Source: an uncultured virus (IMG/VR IMGVR_UViG_3300028394_000068) (lineage: Duplodnaviria > Heunggongvirae > Uroviricota > Caudoviricetes). From it: a stretch of DNA of 64,000 bases. A program made the position numbers and the translations under genes. Shown one piece after another: positions 50,328-59,456 of this stretch. Location of the stretch: IMG/VR virus record IMGVR_UViG_3300028394_000068; one strand, written 5' to 3'. Position 1 is the stretch's first letter. The number at the start of each line of letters is the position of its first letter. The notes beneath the pieces were generated by a model. It did no database searches, was not told the DNA's origin, and worked only from the letters and a program-made list of their open reading frames with translations.

Positions 50328-50817
50328 ATTGCAAATCTAATTCTTTTTTTCCAAACCAAAAAGGTTTTTCTCTGTTTTTCCAAGATGCCAAACTAATTTT
50401 AGCACCCATATAATAATTTCTGTAAGATTCCACAACAGAATCTACCTTAAACTCATCCGGCATTGCCATCGCCGGAGTAGTAAAACCAATATCCGGAATG
50501 TTTGGTTTATTTATAATACACCAATTAATCACATCAATTGATTTATGTCTTTTACCATACCTGTGGGTATATTCTTTACCCAACTCCAACCCCAACTCAC
50601 ACAAGTACAAATAATTTGATAAACTCTGACGAGCCCACACCGCACAAGGATGATTCTTATGTGACAACTTGTAGGGTACTTGGGGGGTAACTTGGGGGGT
50701 TGTGTGATGAACCGAACATAATAACTGAGCCGTTTCCAAAATCATTTTTACTACGTGTTTATCTACGTGGTATTGAGCCGATAATGTAGGATTCTCATCC
50801 AAGAAAAATATATTCAT
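50320..50817 (-). CDS. Pyrimidine-dimer DNA glycosylase (DenV)-superfamily protein
   Basis: MNIF.LD...DKHVVKMILETAQLL...HKNHPCAVW. Confidence 0.75.
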   Translation of the reverse strand: MNIFFLDENPTLSAQYHVDKHVVKMILETAQLLCSVHHTTPQVTPQVPYKLSHKNHPCAVWARQSLSNYLYLCELGLELGKEYTHRYGKRHKSIDVINWCIINKPNIPDIGFTTPAMAMPDEFKVDSVVESYRNYYMGAKISLASWKNREKPFWFGKKELDLQYD

Positions 50818-51266
50818 TATACGTGTGGTATTTGGACTCTCACACAAGTTTGTGCTTGACCCTCGTTCATATAAAAATTGTTCAAGTATCCCATAATGTT
50901 TGCACTACCAATTGGATTAGCAGAATGAACATATACAATTGGAAATACAAATTTGTCTGCCTTTCTCTCACTTCTACTCATATTGAATCTACCTTCATTT
51001 GTATTGTGAAATAATGCAACCAAAAATTTAGCGGCATCATATCCGGTTTTTTCCTCAATATTATTGTAATCCAAAGTATAATTTGGGGAAACATTGTCAA
51101 AATATTCTTTCATAGCTGTATCGCCCAAATCGTGGTCTAATGATATAATATCAATTTTACCCAACCCAACTTCATTAACTTTACTAACGAATTCATCGTA
51201 ATTTCTCACAACAATCCAATTATCTCCGGTTGGGGTTCTTACGTCATCTAAATAAATTCTACACAT
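50817..51266 (-). CDS. Cyclic-phosphate-processing receiver-domain protein
   Basis: IYLDDVR.P, ISLDHDLG, TGYD, VHSANPIG. Confidence 0.75.
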   Translation of the reverse strand: MCRIYLDDVRTPTGDNWIVVRNYDEFVSKVNEVGLGKIDIISLDHDLGDTAMKEYFDNVSPNYTLDYNNIEEKTGYDAAKFLVALFHNTNEGRFNMSRSERKADKFVFPIVYVHSANPIGSANIMGYLNNFYMNEGQAQTCVRVQIPHV

Positions 51267-51359
51267 AATTTCTATTTTTTTTACAAAGATAATCAAATTT
51301 TTGAAATAAAAAAATGTTTAATTATAAAAAGTAAATATTTATAGTATAAAAACACTTAA

Positions 51360-52325
51360 ATGGCAACACAAAAGTTACTAATTAGAAACGTAAGTCTCTA
51401 TACAGTACTATTTAACTACCAAAATTCAACAGATAGAATGTGGTATTATCAAGTAGTAATATTACCGGGTCAAGAAAAAACTATTTGGTGTATAGAAAAT
51501 ACTTTATCTTATTCAGGACCAAATAATGGTTTATTTATAACAAATAAGACTACAACTGTTTGTGGTATAACACCAACACCAACACCAAGTATAACACCAA
51601 CACAAACACCAACCCCAAGTATAACACCAACATTAACACCAACACCAACATTAGGTATATGTGGTAATGAAGATAGTTTAGTTGACCCAATTATCACAGA
51701 AAATGATGAATATATTATTGTTGGTGATTGTGAATATTTAATGTTTGTTGACCCGATTCCTTCTTCTACACCTACACCTACACCGACAAATACAGTTACT
51801 CCAACACAGACACCAACTAATACCGTTACACCAACTCCAACACCAACTGAGACAGAAATAATACCGGAAACACCAACGCCTACACCAACCGTAACTCCGA
51901 CTGAGACAGAAATAATACCTGAAACTCCAACTCCTACACCAACCGTAACTCCGACTGAGACAGAAATAATACCTGAAACTCCAACACCTACTCCAACAGA
52001 GACTGTAACACCTACACCAACTCCAACACCTACTCCAACAGAGACTGTAACACCTACACCAACTCCAACACCAACAACACCATATTTTACATATAGTTTC
52101 ACGTTATGTTGTACAGTTGTCCCAATAACATTATATTCTCAATCATCTACGATTATTGTTGGGTCTTACCTATATAGTGACACATCTTTATTAACACCAT
52201 ATTACGACGTATCACTTAATTTAATACCGGGTGCGGTATCGTGTGATGACCCATTTAGTAATGGAATACTTACGGATGTAACAGGTTTAGTTACGAGTAT
52301 AACGGATGGAGGTAGTTGTAATTAA
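51360..52325 (+). CDS. Thr-Pro repeat virion surface protein
   Basis: [18 protein letters not shown] tandem units; Cys pairs. Confidence 0.65.
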   Translation: MATQKLLIRNVSLYTVLFNYQNSTDRMWYYQVVILPGQEKTIWCIENTLSYSGPNNGLFITNKTTTVCGITPTPTPSITPTQTPTPSITPTLTPTPTLGICGNEDSLVDPIITENDEYIIVGDCEYLMFVDPIPSSTPTPTPTNTVTPTQTPTNTVTPTPTPTETEIIPETPTPTPTVTPTETEIIPETPTPTPTVTPTETEIIPETPTPTPTETVTPTPTPTPTPTETVTPTPTPTPTTPYFTYSFTLCCTVVPITLYSQSSTIIVGSYLYSDTSLLTPYYDVSLNLIPGAVSCDDPFSNGILTDVTGLVTSITDGGSCN

Positions 52326-52373
52326 TAATAATAAAAGAAAAATAAAAACTATTTATAAAATAAAAAACAAATT

Positions 52374-55082
52374 ATGGCATTAACAGGTAAAACAATTGGT
52401 GAATTAACATATTTACAGTTCCCAACAAACGAAACTTTACTCCCTGTAGAATTAAGTGGGGATACTTATCATATCGCATTTTCGTCGATTACATACAACG
52501 AAGGAACATATACACAATTTGTTGCCGAAGCCAACAATGGTGTACTAACGCCAGGTAGATTTTATTTAATGACTGACTACCAAGCGTGTTATGACCAACC
52601 AAACTACAATAATATCAAAAACCCTATTACTACAGGTAATTATAAAACAGGGTCAACAGAACCTATATTATTGTTAGCAATATCAACAACAGGATTCTCT
52701 CCTACGGTATATTCAACATTACACCCACAAGATAAAATATCTTATGATATAACTTGGAATATAACAGAAGTAACAGGTGGACCGGCTAAAGGTAGAATCA
52801 CTGAAAGAATTGATAACTTTAACAATAGAACTGATTATGATAATAGAAGTATTTTATTCAAAAGATATAACGGATATTCATATAATGAAAATAACCCATT
52901 AAGTGGTCTTGTTGGGATAAGTGGTTTAACAGGGACAACTGCCGTGTTATATGGTAACACGGGTACAACATTTACCTCAAATTTCTCAACAGGAGACATT
53001 GTTTCAGTACAAAATTTAAATCCTTCATTTTTTGAAGTTTTATCTGTTGTAAGCAATTCTTTAGCAATTATATCAGGTGTAACAATAAGTGTAACCACTG
53101 ACTCAATTTATTATTATGGAAATGATGATGGTATAATGAGTTATTACCAACCCAATGTAAGACAAGACCAAGTTTACGAATACACAACATTTGGTGGTGT
53201 TAATTTAGATGGTGGTGCGGTTAATAACTATATTGGTAACTACTCAAATTTATATGATTGGGATGGGAATCCGTTTATTTTAGCTAACAATGTTTTTATT
53301 TCAGGAGAGTATTTTAATAATACCATTGGTAACGATTCATATAATAATACATTTAATGATGATTGCGATAATAATCAAATAGGTGATAGTTTTTATAACA
53401 ACTCAACGAATGACGACTTTGATGGGAATATAATTGGAGAAGGGTTTAATAACAATTACATCACCTCAAATTTTAATAACAATAGAATTGGTAGTGATTT
53501 TTATAGTAACACTTTACTAGGTGGGTCTTTTTATAGAAACAATATTGGAAATGGTTTTAATAATAATGTTTGGACTGACTATGATTTTCAAAATAATGAA
53601 ATAGGAAATCAGTTTAATAATAATAAAATTTATAATGACTTCTATAATAATGATATTGGTAATGGGTATAATGGTAATCAAAGTTATTCACAATTTTATC
53701 GTAATTTAATTGATAATGGATATAATGGTAATACGTTATATTCAGAGTTCTACGAAAATAATATTGGATTCAATTTTTATAATAATACTATTGGAAACAA
53801 TTTAAATATTGGGGGTACTGATTTTAGGGGTAATAACATTGGGTCCTATTTTGAAAGTAATACAATTAAATTTAATTTTTTAAGTAACAATATTTTAAAC
53901 GATTTTTACAATAATGACATATATTGTGCTTTTATAAAAAATTCAATATTAAATGGTTTTAACACAAACACAATTGGTGGAGTTGACAATTTAGGTCTTA
54001 CTTTTGAGAACAACCAAATTATGAATAATTTTAAGGGTAATGACATTCAAGGTAATTTTTGGAGTAACCAACTTAAAACAGATTTTAAAGCTAATGAGAT
54101 ATTAGGTGAGTTTGGATATAATAATATAGGATTTGGGTGTTCACCTAATATTTTTAGTGGTATCACAATACATAACAATATTGGTGATAATTTTTCATTT
54201 AATATTTGTTATGGTTCATTTTCGTACAACACAATAGGGACTTATTTCAATTCTAATGAGGTACAAGATGGATTTGGTTTTGGGGGATCAAACGCTCAAG
54301 GAAATAGAATTGGAAATAATTTTATAGATAATACCATCGGTGAATATTTCTACAATAATACTATTTCCGATAACTTTTACAGTAACACAATTGGTGATTC
54401 ATTCCAATGGAATATTGTTAATACTGAAGTTAATAATGTTTGTTTAAGTACAGGAATGTTATATGATATCACAACAGTTAATGTATTCAAAAATAAAAAT
54501 GGAGATGATAGATTATCATATTATGATGAAGTGGATGTTCTAACAATAGAAACATTAACTGAAGCTCCTTGTTTAGGTGGGTTAAACGCATTAGACATAC
54601 CAGAAAATGATTTGAATTATGGATTGGTGATTGGCCCTTCATTTACTATAACATCTTCTGATTTCACATTTGGTAATAACATAGATACCGATACCACACC
54701 ATTAGGTGTTGACGGTACTAGTGGTTTTACTAATACCGCACCTCAAGACTCCCTATACGATGGTTATTATGGACAAGGTTTAAGCGGTACTTCATTATCA
54801 GGATTAACTAACGCTTATAATAATTTAGGATTAAGTTTAAATGATAGCACTGGTCGACTTTGGTATGTAACTTGGGGACCTGGAAGTTCAATACCTTCAG
54901 GAATTGTAAAATTTGGAAGTAATGTTAATGGGGTGTCTTTTGACATTCAAACAATTGATACTTCTGATACTAATTATTTAACACCAAATACTGGTGATGG
55001 AACAAGTTTGGTTGGGACATTTTTATTCCCAGCAACATTTACAATTTATTATCCAATAACAGATAAAAACGGATGGTGTTAA
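52374..55082 (+). CDS. Tail fibre/spike with Asn-rich parallel beta-helix
   Basis: FxNNxIG repeats over ~400 aa. Confidence 0.7.
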   Translation: MALTGKTIGELTYLQFPTNETLLPVELSGDTYHIAFSSITYNEGTYTQFVAEANNGVLTPGRFYLMTDYQACYDQPNYNNIKNPITTGNYKTGSTEPILLLAISTTGFSPTVYSTLHPQDKISYDITWNITEVTGGPAKGRITERIDNFNNRTDYDNRSILFKRYNGYSYNENNPLSGLVGISGLTGTTAVLYGNTGTTFTSNFSTGDIVSVQNLNPSFFEVLSVVSNSLAIISGVTISVTTDSIYYYGNDDGIMSYYQPNVRQDQVYEYTTFGGVNLDGGAVNNYIGNYSNLYDWDGNPFILANNVFISGEYFNNTIGNDSYNNTFNDDCDNNQIGDSFYNNSTNDDFDGNIIGEGFNNNYITSNFNNNRIGSDFYSNTLLGGSFYRNNIGNGFNNNVWTDYDFQNNEIGNQFNNNKIYNDFYNNDIGNGYNGNQSYSQFYRNLIDNGYNGNTLYSEFYENNIGFNFYNNTIGNNLNIGGTDFRGNNIGSYFESNTIKFNFLSNNILNDFYNNDIYCAFIKNSILNGFNTNTIGGVDNLGLTFENNQIMNNFKGNDIQGNFWSNQLKTDFKANEILGEFGYNNIGFGCSPNIFSGITIHNNIGDNFSFNICYGSFSYNTIGTYFNSNEVQDGFGFGGSNAQGNRIGNNFIDNTIGEYFYNNTISDNFYSNTIGDSFQWNIVNTEVNNVCLSTGMLYDITTVNVFKNKNGDDRLSYYDEVDVLTIETLTEAPCLGGLNALDIPENDLNYGLVIGPSFTITSSDFTFGNNIDTDTTPLGVDGTSGFTNTAPQDSLYDGYYGQGLSGTSLSGLTNAYNNLGLSLNDSTGRLWYVTWGPGSSIPSGIVKFGSNVNGVSFDIQTIDTSDTNYLTPNTGDGTSLVGTFLFPATFTIYYPITDKNGWC

Positions 55083-55083
55083 T

Positions 55084-55755
55084 ATGATAACAAAAAGACC
55101 ATATAATACTAGAGGTAACCCTAAAACTGATTGGATTAATTCATACAGGACATTTAGTTTTCCTGGATATTTTGACCCTAAATATAGAAATTTTGGTGAC
55201 CTACAAACAATTAATGACGATAGAGTCCAACCAAATGGTCACGTACCAATACACGAACATAAGAATATGGAAATATTTGGTTATGTGGTAGAAGGTATTT
55301 GTAGGCACACTGATAGTCATGGAAAGGTATTAGATATACCAGCAGGTGCAGTACAAAGAATGAGTACAGGACGAGGAATAAAACACACAGAAGGTAATTC
55401 TTCGGATACACCAAATCGTTATTTACAACTATGGATTAAACCAAACGTGTTTGATACCGAACCAATACACGAATGGCATCAATTTACAAGAGAAAATAAA
55501 TTAAATAAATTTTGTGATATAACTGAAAAATTACCAATTAAACAAGACGCTAAATTATTATCAGGAATATTTACTGAAGATTTTGATTTTGAATTAAAAA
55601 CTAATCGTAAATACTATTTATATGTTGTTTCAGGTGATGCAAATATAAATAATCATTCATTAATTGAGGGAGATGGTTTAAGTTTTATAGATGAAAATAA
55701 AATTGAGATAACAACAAAAAAAGAATCTGAAATAATACTATTTGATTTACAATAA
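55084..55755 (+). CDS. Pirin-family protein (YhhW-like)
   Basis: HEHKNMEI, HTDS.G, VQRMSTGRGIKHTE, LQLWI. Confidence 0.9.
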   Translation: MITKRPYNTRGNPKTDWINSYRTFSFPGYFDPKYRNFGDLQTINDDRVQPNGHVPIHEHKNMEIFGYVVEGICRHTDSHGKVLDIPAGAVQRMSTGRGIKHTEGNSSDTPNRYLQLWIKPNVFDTEPIHEWHQFTRENKLNKFCDITEKLPIKQDAKLLSGIFTEDFDFELKTNRKYYLYVVSGDANINNHSLIEGDGLSFIDENKIEITTKKESEIILFDLQ

Positions 55756-55778
55756 ATAAAAATAAAAAAACAAAAAAA

Positions 55779-56855
55779 ATGATACAAGGAATTAGAATAA
55801 CAAGTACAAATTTATCAGGACTAACGGCAAACGTTACTTTTTATCCCACAACTGGTGGGTCAGAAAATTTAGGATCTGAAGTAATACCATTTAATAATAT
55901 TTCGGTTTATCCTTACGGAACATACGAATTAGACGTTCCATTATATGATAGAATATATGAAATAATTGTACCAGCACCATTAACAGGTCAGAGTGCATAT
56001 ACTCAAACAGTAAGATCGGTTACCGTTGACGGAGGATACCAACCATTCTCAGGAGCGGTATTATCTGAAGTGTGGGGAACATATACAACAGAGTATGTCA
56101 CAAATGAAGGAATACCATCAACTGATATTGTTTTAGCTGAAGGTATTTGTTCTGATGATGTGGATGCGGCATATTTACCTGGAAATATCGGTGGATGGCC
56201 AACTAGCATTAACTCATTTTTAGGACCATTTCAATCAGGTGGATTGGCGGGTTATCCGTTTGTTGGTAGTGTTGGATTTGGAGCATTTGCAAGTCACGTG
56301 GCAACAACTCTTGGTGGAACCTTGTTTGTAACGAGTATGCCACACATTGGTGTTACTGAAGATGGTCGTTCAGGTAGAATGCTGAGAAGGGGTAAAGCAG
56401 ATAGTATAACAGATAATACCTGTGGTGCGGTTGCGGGAGCAATTGACCAAGTTGTTAATCAACTAAGTTCGGCTCCAGATCAAAATAACGCACCTTTTAA
56501 TAATGAAAATTATTCTTTTTGGAAATTGACTGATATTTTATGGCCGTATAAAAATGTATTATCAGGGTTTACAGGTACTTCTGAAGAGATTTATAATAAA
56601 CAAATGATATTTGCTACAGAAACAATTAGGGATTCTGCTTATGATTATATTATTGCAAATTTACCTGCAGCAACAAGTGCTCAAACCACAAATGATGTAT
56701 ATTTTTTAAGTGGTATTTTTATTAATAGTGATGTTAGTTCCGGTACAACACAATTTGAATCATATGTTGTTGTTGATAAAGTTATGAAATATGTGTTTGA
56801 TGACCAGTGGTATGATATAACGGTTGATTATATGGCTGGATTACCTATTGACTAA
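55779..56855 (+). CDS. LCIB-family (beta-type) carbonic anhydrase domain fused to a virion-type N-terminal module
   Basis: ICSDD, GGLAGYPFVGSVGFGAFASH, PHIGV..DG..G...RRG, TCGA. Confidence 0.75.
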   Translation: MIQGIRITSTNLSGLTANVTFYPTTGGSENLGSEVIPFNNISVYPYGTYELDVPLYDRIYEIIVPAPLTGQSAYTQTVRSVTVDGGYQPFSGAVLSEVWGTYTTEYVTNEGIPSTDIVLAEGICSDDVDAAYLPGNIGGWPTSINSFLGPFQSGGLAGYPFVGSVGFGAFASHVATTLGGTLFVTSMPHIGVTEDGRSGRMLRRGKADSITDNTCGAVAGAIDQVVNQLSSAPDQNNAPFNNENYSFWKLTDILWPYKNVLSGFTGTSEEIYNKQMIFATETIRDSAYDYIIANLPAATSAQTTNDVYFLSGIFINSDVSSGTTQFESYVVVDKVMKYVFDDQWYDITVDYMAGLPID

Positions 56856-56875
56856 ATAAATTAAAAAATAAAAAA

Positions 56876-58237
56876 ATGGCAACAAAATACATAGTAGATA
56901 ACTTATCGGGACAAACCATAAATGGTGATTTAACAATCAACGGAAATTTAAGTGTTACAGGGACATCAAATAATAGTGGAACATATAGAGCATTATTAAC
57001 TCAAACAGGTTCTCTTAACGGAGATAGTATTTATTTTAATAATAGGTTAATAATTGGAGAAACATACGAAATTACAGATTATCAAGATTACGATGATTTT
57101 AGTAATGTTGCGGATGTCCAAAGTGGAGCAGGAACTCTTTTAGATTTTGATTATGTTTGGACCTCATCAGCGGTACCTTATTCGTATTTTAATAATCTTA
57201 CAGGAACAACAAGTGGTTCGGGTAGTGGAGCCTCTTTTTATGCTTATTGGTGTGGAGCAACAAATAATCACGTTTATATTGTAACTAGTGGAGATGGTTA
57301 CGCAGTAGGTGACACAATAACAATATTAGGAACTGAACTTAGTGGTAGTACTCCCGCAAATGATATGATAATTACAGTTACTGAAGTTAATCCTAACGTA
57401 ACAGGTTGTGTCTTCATTGCAACAGGAGACACTCCAATAGTTTGGGGTAACTCTATATTAACATCTGTTGGTGATTTAGTTGTTGATGTTTTAGAAAATA
57501 CTCTTGGTGATGAGTTAGTATGGCTTTATGACCCATTATTTCAAGAAGGTTTGTATCTAGTATCTTTTAGTGAGTATATTAACAACAATAATGTATGTTA
57601 TATTTTTCCAAGAAATAAAACTCAAATAACTACCCCAACATTTATCGCTCCTTTTAATTATGATTTTTTTTCCCCACCACAATTTAACTTAATTGTATCA
57701 TCACAGATTGGTTCCTTTTTGGGGGCAATAGAGGATAACATATTTTTATCCGTATATGATTTTGGAATTTCCAGTTTTACGGGTAATTCCTTATACTATA
57801 CACCTATTGAAATTAAACTTAATTCTATTATTACACAGGAAGATACACCATTAACTTCAATTAATTGGTCAACGTATAGTGGAGATTCCGATTTTGACAC
57901 TTACGATATTGTATTCCCACCAATTCTAAATGTGAGTAGACTTACAACAAGTGACTGTGGTTTTGCAACCGCACACGTTCACTATGATTACGAATATTCT
58001 GACCTCTCAATAGATTTATATGACGACTCAATTGATAATTGGGTTACAGTTTGGTCATATACATTAAATAATCCAAATTATGATGGTGATGATAGTCCCG
58101 ACTTGTACTTCCCAGGTAATATTGATGTGACATTTGCAAACATTACATCAGTAAGTGGTATTAGAATGTATTCAGACCCTGGACAAGGCCAAACCTATCA
58201 CGACTTTGATGGGTTAACATTCAATTTTTTTAATTGA
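56876..58237 (+). CDS. Tail fibre-like protein
   Basis: INGDLTINGNLSVTG, YRALLTQTG, GDGYAVGDTITI.G motifs. Confidence 0.55.
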   Translation: MATKYIVDNLSGQTINGDLTINGNLSVTGTSNNSGTYRALLTQTGSLNGDSIYFNNRLIIGETYEITDYQDYDDFSNVADVQSGAGTLLDFDYVWTSSAVPYSYFNNLTGTTSGSGSGASFYAYWCGATNNHVYIVTSGDGYAVGDTITILGTELSGSTPANDMIITVTEVNPNVTGCVFIATGDTPIVWGNSILTSVGDLVVDVLENTLGDELVWLYDPLFQEGLYLVSFSEYINNNNVCYIFPRNKTQITTPTFIAPFNYDFFSPPQFNLIVSSQIGSFLGAIEDNIFLSVYDFGISSFTGNSLYYTPIEIKLNSIITQEDTPLTSINWSTYSGDSDFDTYDIVFPPILNVSRLTTSDCGFATAHVHYDYEYSDLSIDLYDDSIDNWVTVWSYTLNNPNYDGDDSPDLYFPGNIDVTFANITSVSGIRMYSDPGQGQTYHDFDGLTFNFFN

Positions 58238-58269
58238 TTAAATATAATATTATATAAAAAAATAACAAT

Positions 58270-58509
58270 ATGATAAAGTTAATACAAAGAACAACAGATA
58301 ACAAATACCTTAAATCGGTTGAAACTGAAACTTGGGTTGATAACGTTAAAGAAGCATTTGAAATGACTCATAGAGAATGTGAGGCAGCTAAAACCGCATT
58401 AGATGGTGTTTTTCTTCCTGAACAATTAAAAGTAATTGTTGATATGAGAAAATATAAACCAATTACTAAAGAAGAAAGAGAAGAGTTAATAACTTTATTA
58501 AAAAAATAA
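58270..58509 (+). CDS. Hypothetical protein
   Basis: 79-aa ORF. Confidence 0.55.
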   Translation: MIKLIQRTTDNKYLKSVETETWVDNVKEAFEMTHRECEAAKTALDGVFLPEQLKVIVDMRKYKPITKEEREELITLLKK

Positions 58510-58514
58510 ATAAT

Positions 58515-58763
58515 ATGAGAATAAATATTTTAACAGAAAACGATAAGGTAGAACAAGTTAGAGAAGCTTGGGTAAATAAAAATGTTATGAAAATACCTTG
58601 TTCATCAACAGGAGAAGAACCTGCAACTCATTGGTTTTGCACAATGGCGGGATCTGAGGAAAAAATGAATTCTATTTACGCTAAGAAAAACTTATCTATT
58701 ATGGAATTAGAAATTGGCCCAAAAGAATTTCTTAATAAATGGAATCTGAAAATCATAAAATAA
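58515..58763 (+). CDS. Hypothetical protein
   Basis: 82-aa ORF. Confidence 0.55.
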   Translation: MRINILTENDKVEQVREAWVNKNVMKIPCSSTGEEPATHWFCTMAGSEEKMNSIYAKKNLSIMELEIGPKEFLNKWNLKIIK

Positions 58764-59371
58764 TAAAAAATTTCATCAGTGATGATGAGGTCAAACTAAT
58801 TGTTGATTGGGTTGATTCGTTAAATCCTGAAGATGGAGATCCAAATTACCACTTAAGTGAAATCTCAAAAACACTGAAGGGAAAATCTTGTATTATAGAC
58901 ATCTCAAATACCGAACTTACAAACTACATTACAAATTTTCAATCAGTTTCTAAAGTTTTACAACAAGAAGTTCCCCAAATTATCAAAACTATTTTTAAAA
59001 GGATATCTGAAAAGAACAACCTACCCCTTGATAACATCTTTATCCAAGCGGTTGATATGAAAAAAGGTGGTAGAGTACAACCCCACTATGACGCATCAAT
59101 TAATGGTTACATAAACTATAAGTGTAACATAAGTGTGTTATCTGAAGATTACAAAATTTTTATAGGTGATTCTTCACCTGTAATAGAACAAAAAGACCTA
59201 TACTGTTTTGAGGCTTCTCTATATAAACATTGGACAGAAGAATTTAACTCAAGAAGGGTGTTTTTAAGTTTTGGTTTTATAGTTCCATATAGTGTGGTTG
59301 GAAGAACGGAAAGTGATCCAAGAGTTAGATTAAGTCAACGAATATCAAAATATTTTCAAAAACTTAGTTGA
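58739..59371 (+). CDS. 2OG-Fe(II) oxygenase-like protein
   Basis: PHYD...KHW...RRVFLSFG (HxD...H...R). Confidence 0.75.
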   Translation: MESENHKIIKNFISDDEVKLIVDWVDSLNPEDGDPNYHLSEISKTLKGKSCIIDISNTELTNYITNFQSVSKVLQQEVPQIIKTIFKRISEKNNLPLDNIFIQAVDMKKGGRVQPHYDASINGYINYKCNISVLSEDYKIFIGDSSPVIEQKDLYCFEASLYKHWTEEFNSRRVFLSFGFIVPYSVVGRTESDPRVRLSQRISKYFQKLS

Positions 59372-59456
59372 TATAAAACAAAACAAAAACTATATTTATT
59401 TACGAAGGTAAATGCCGACCTTATTCGGCAGCTAATACACCAAAAGTAAAAAATAT

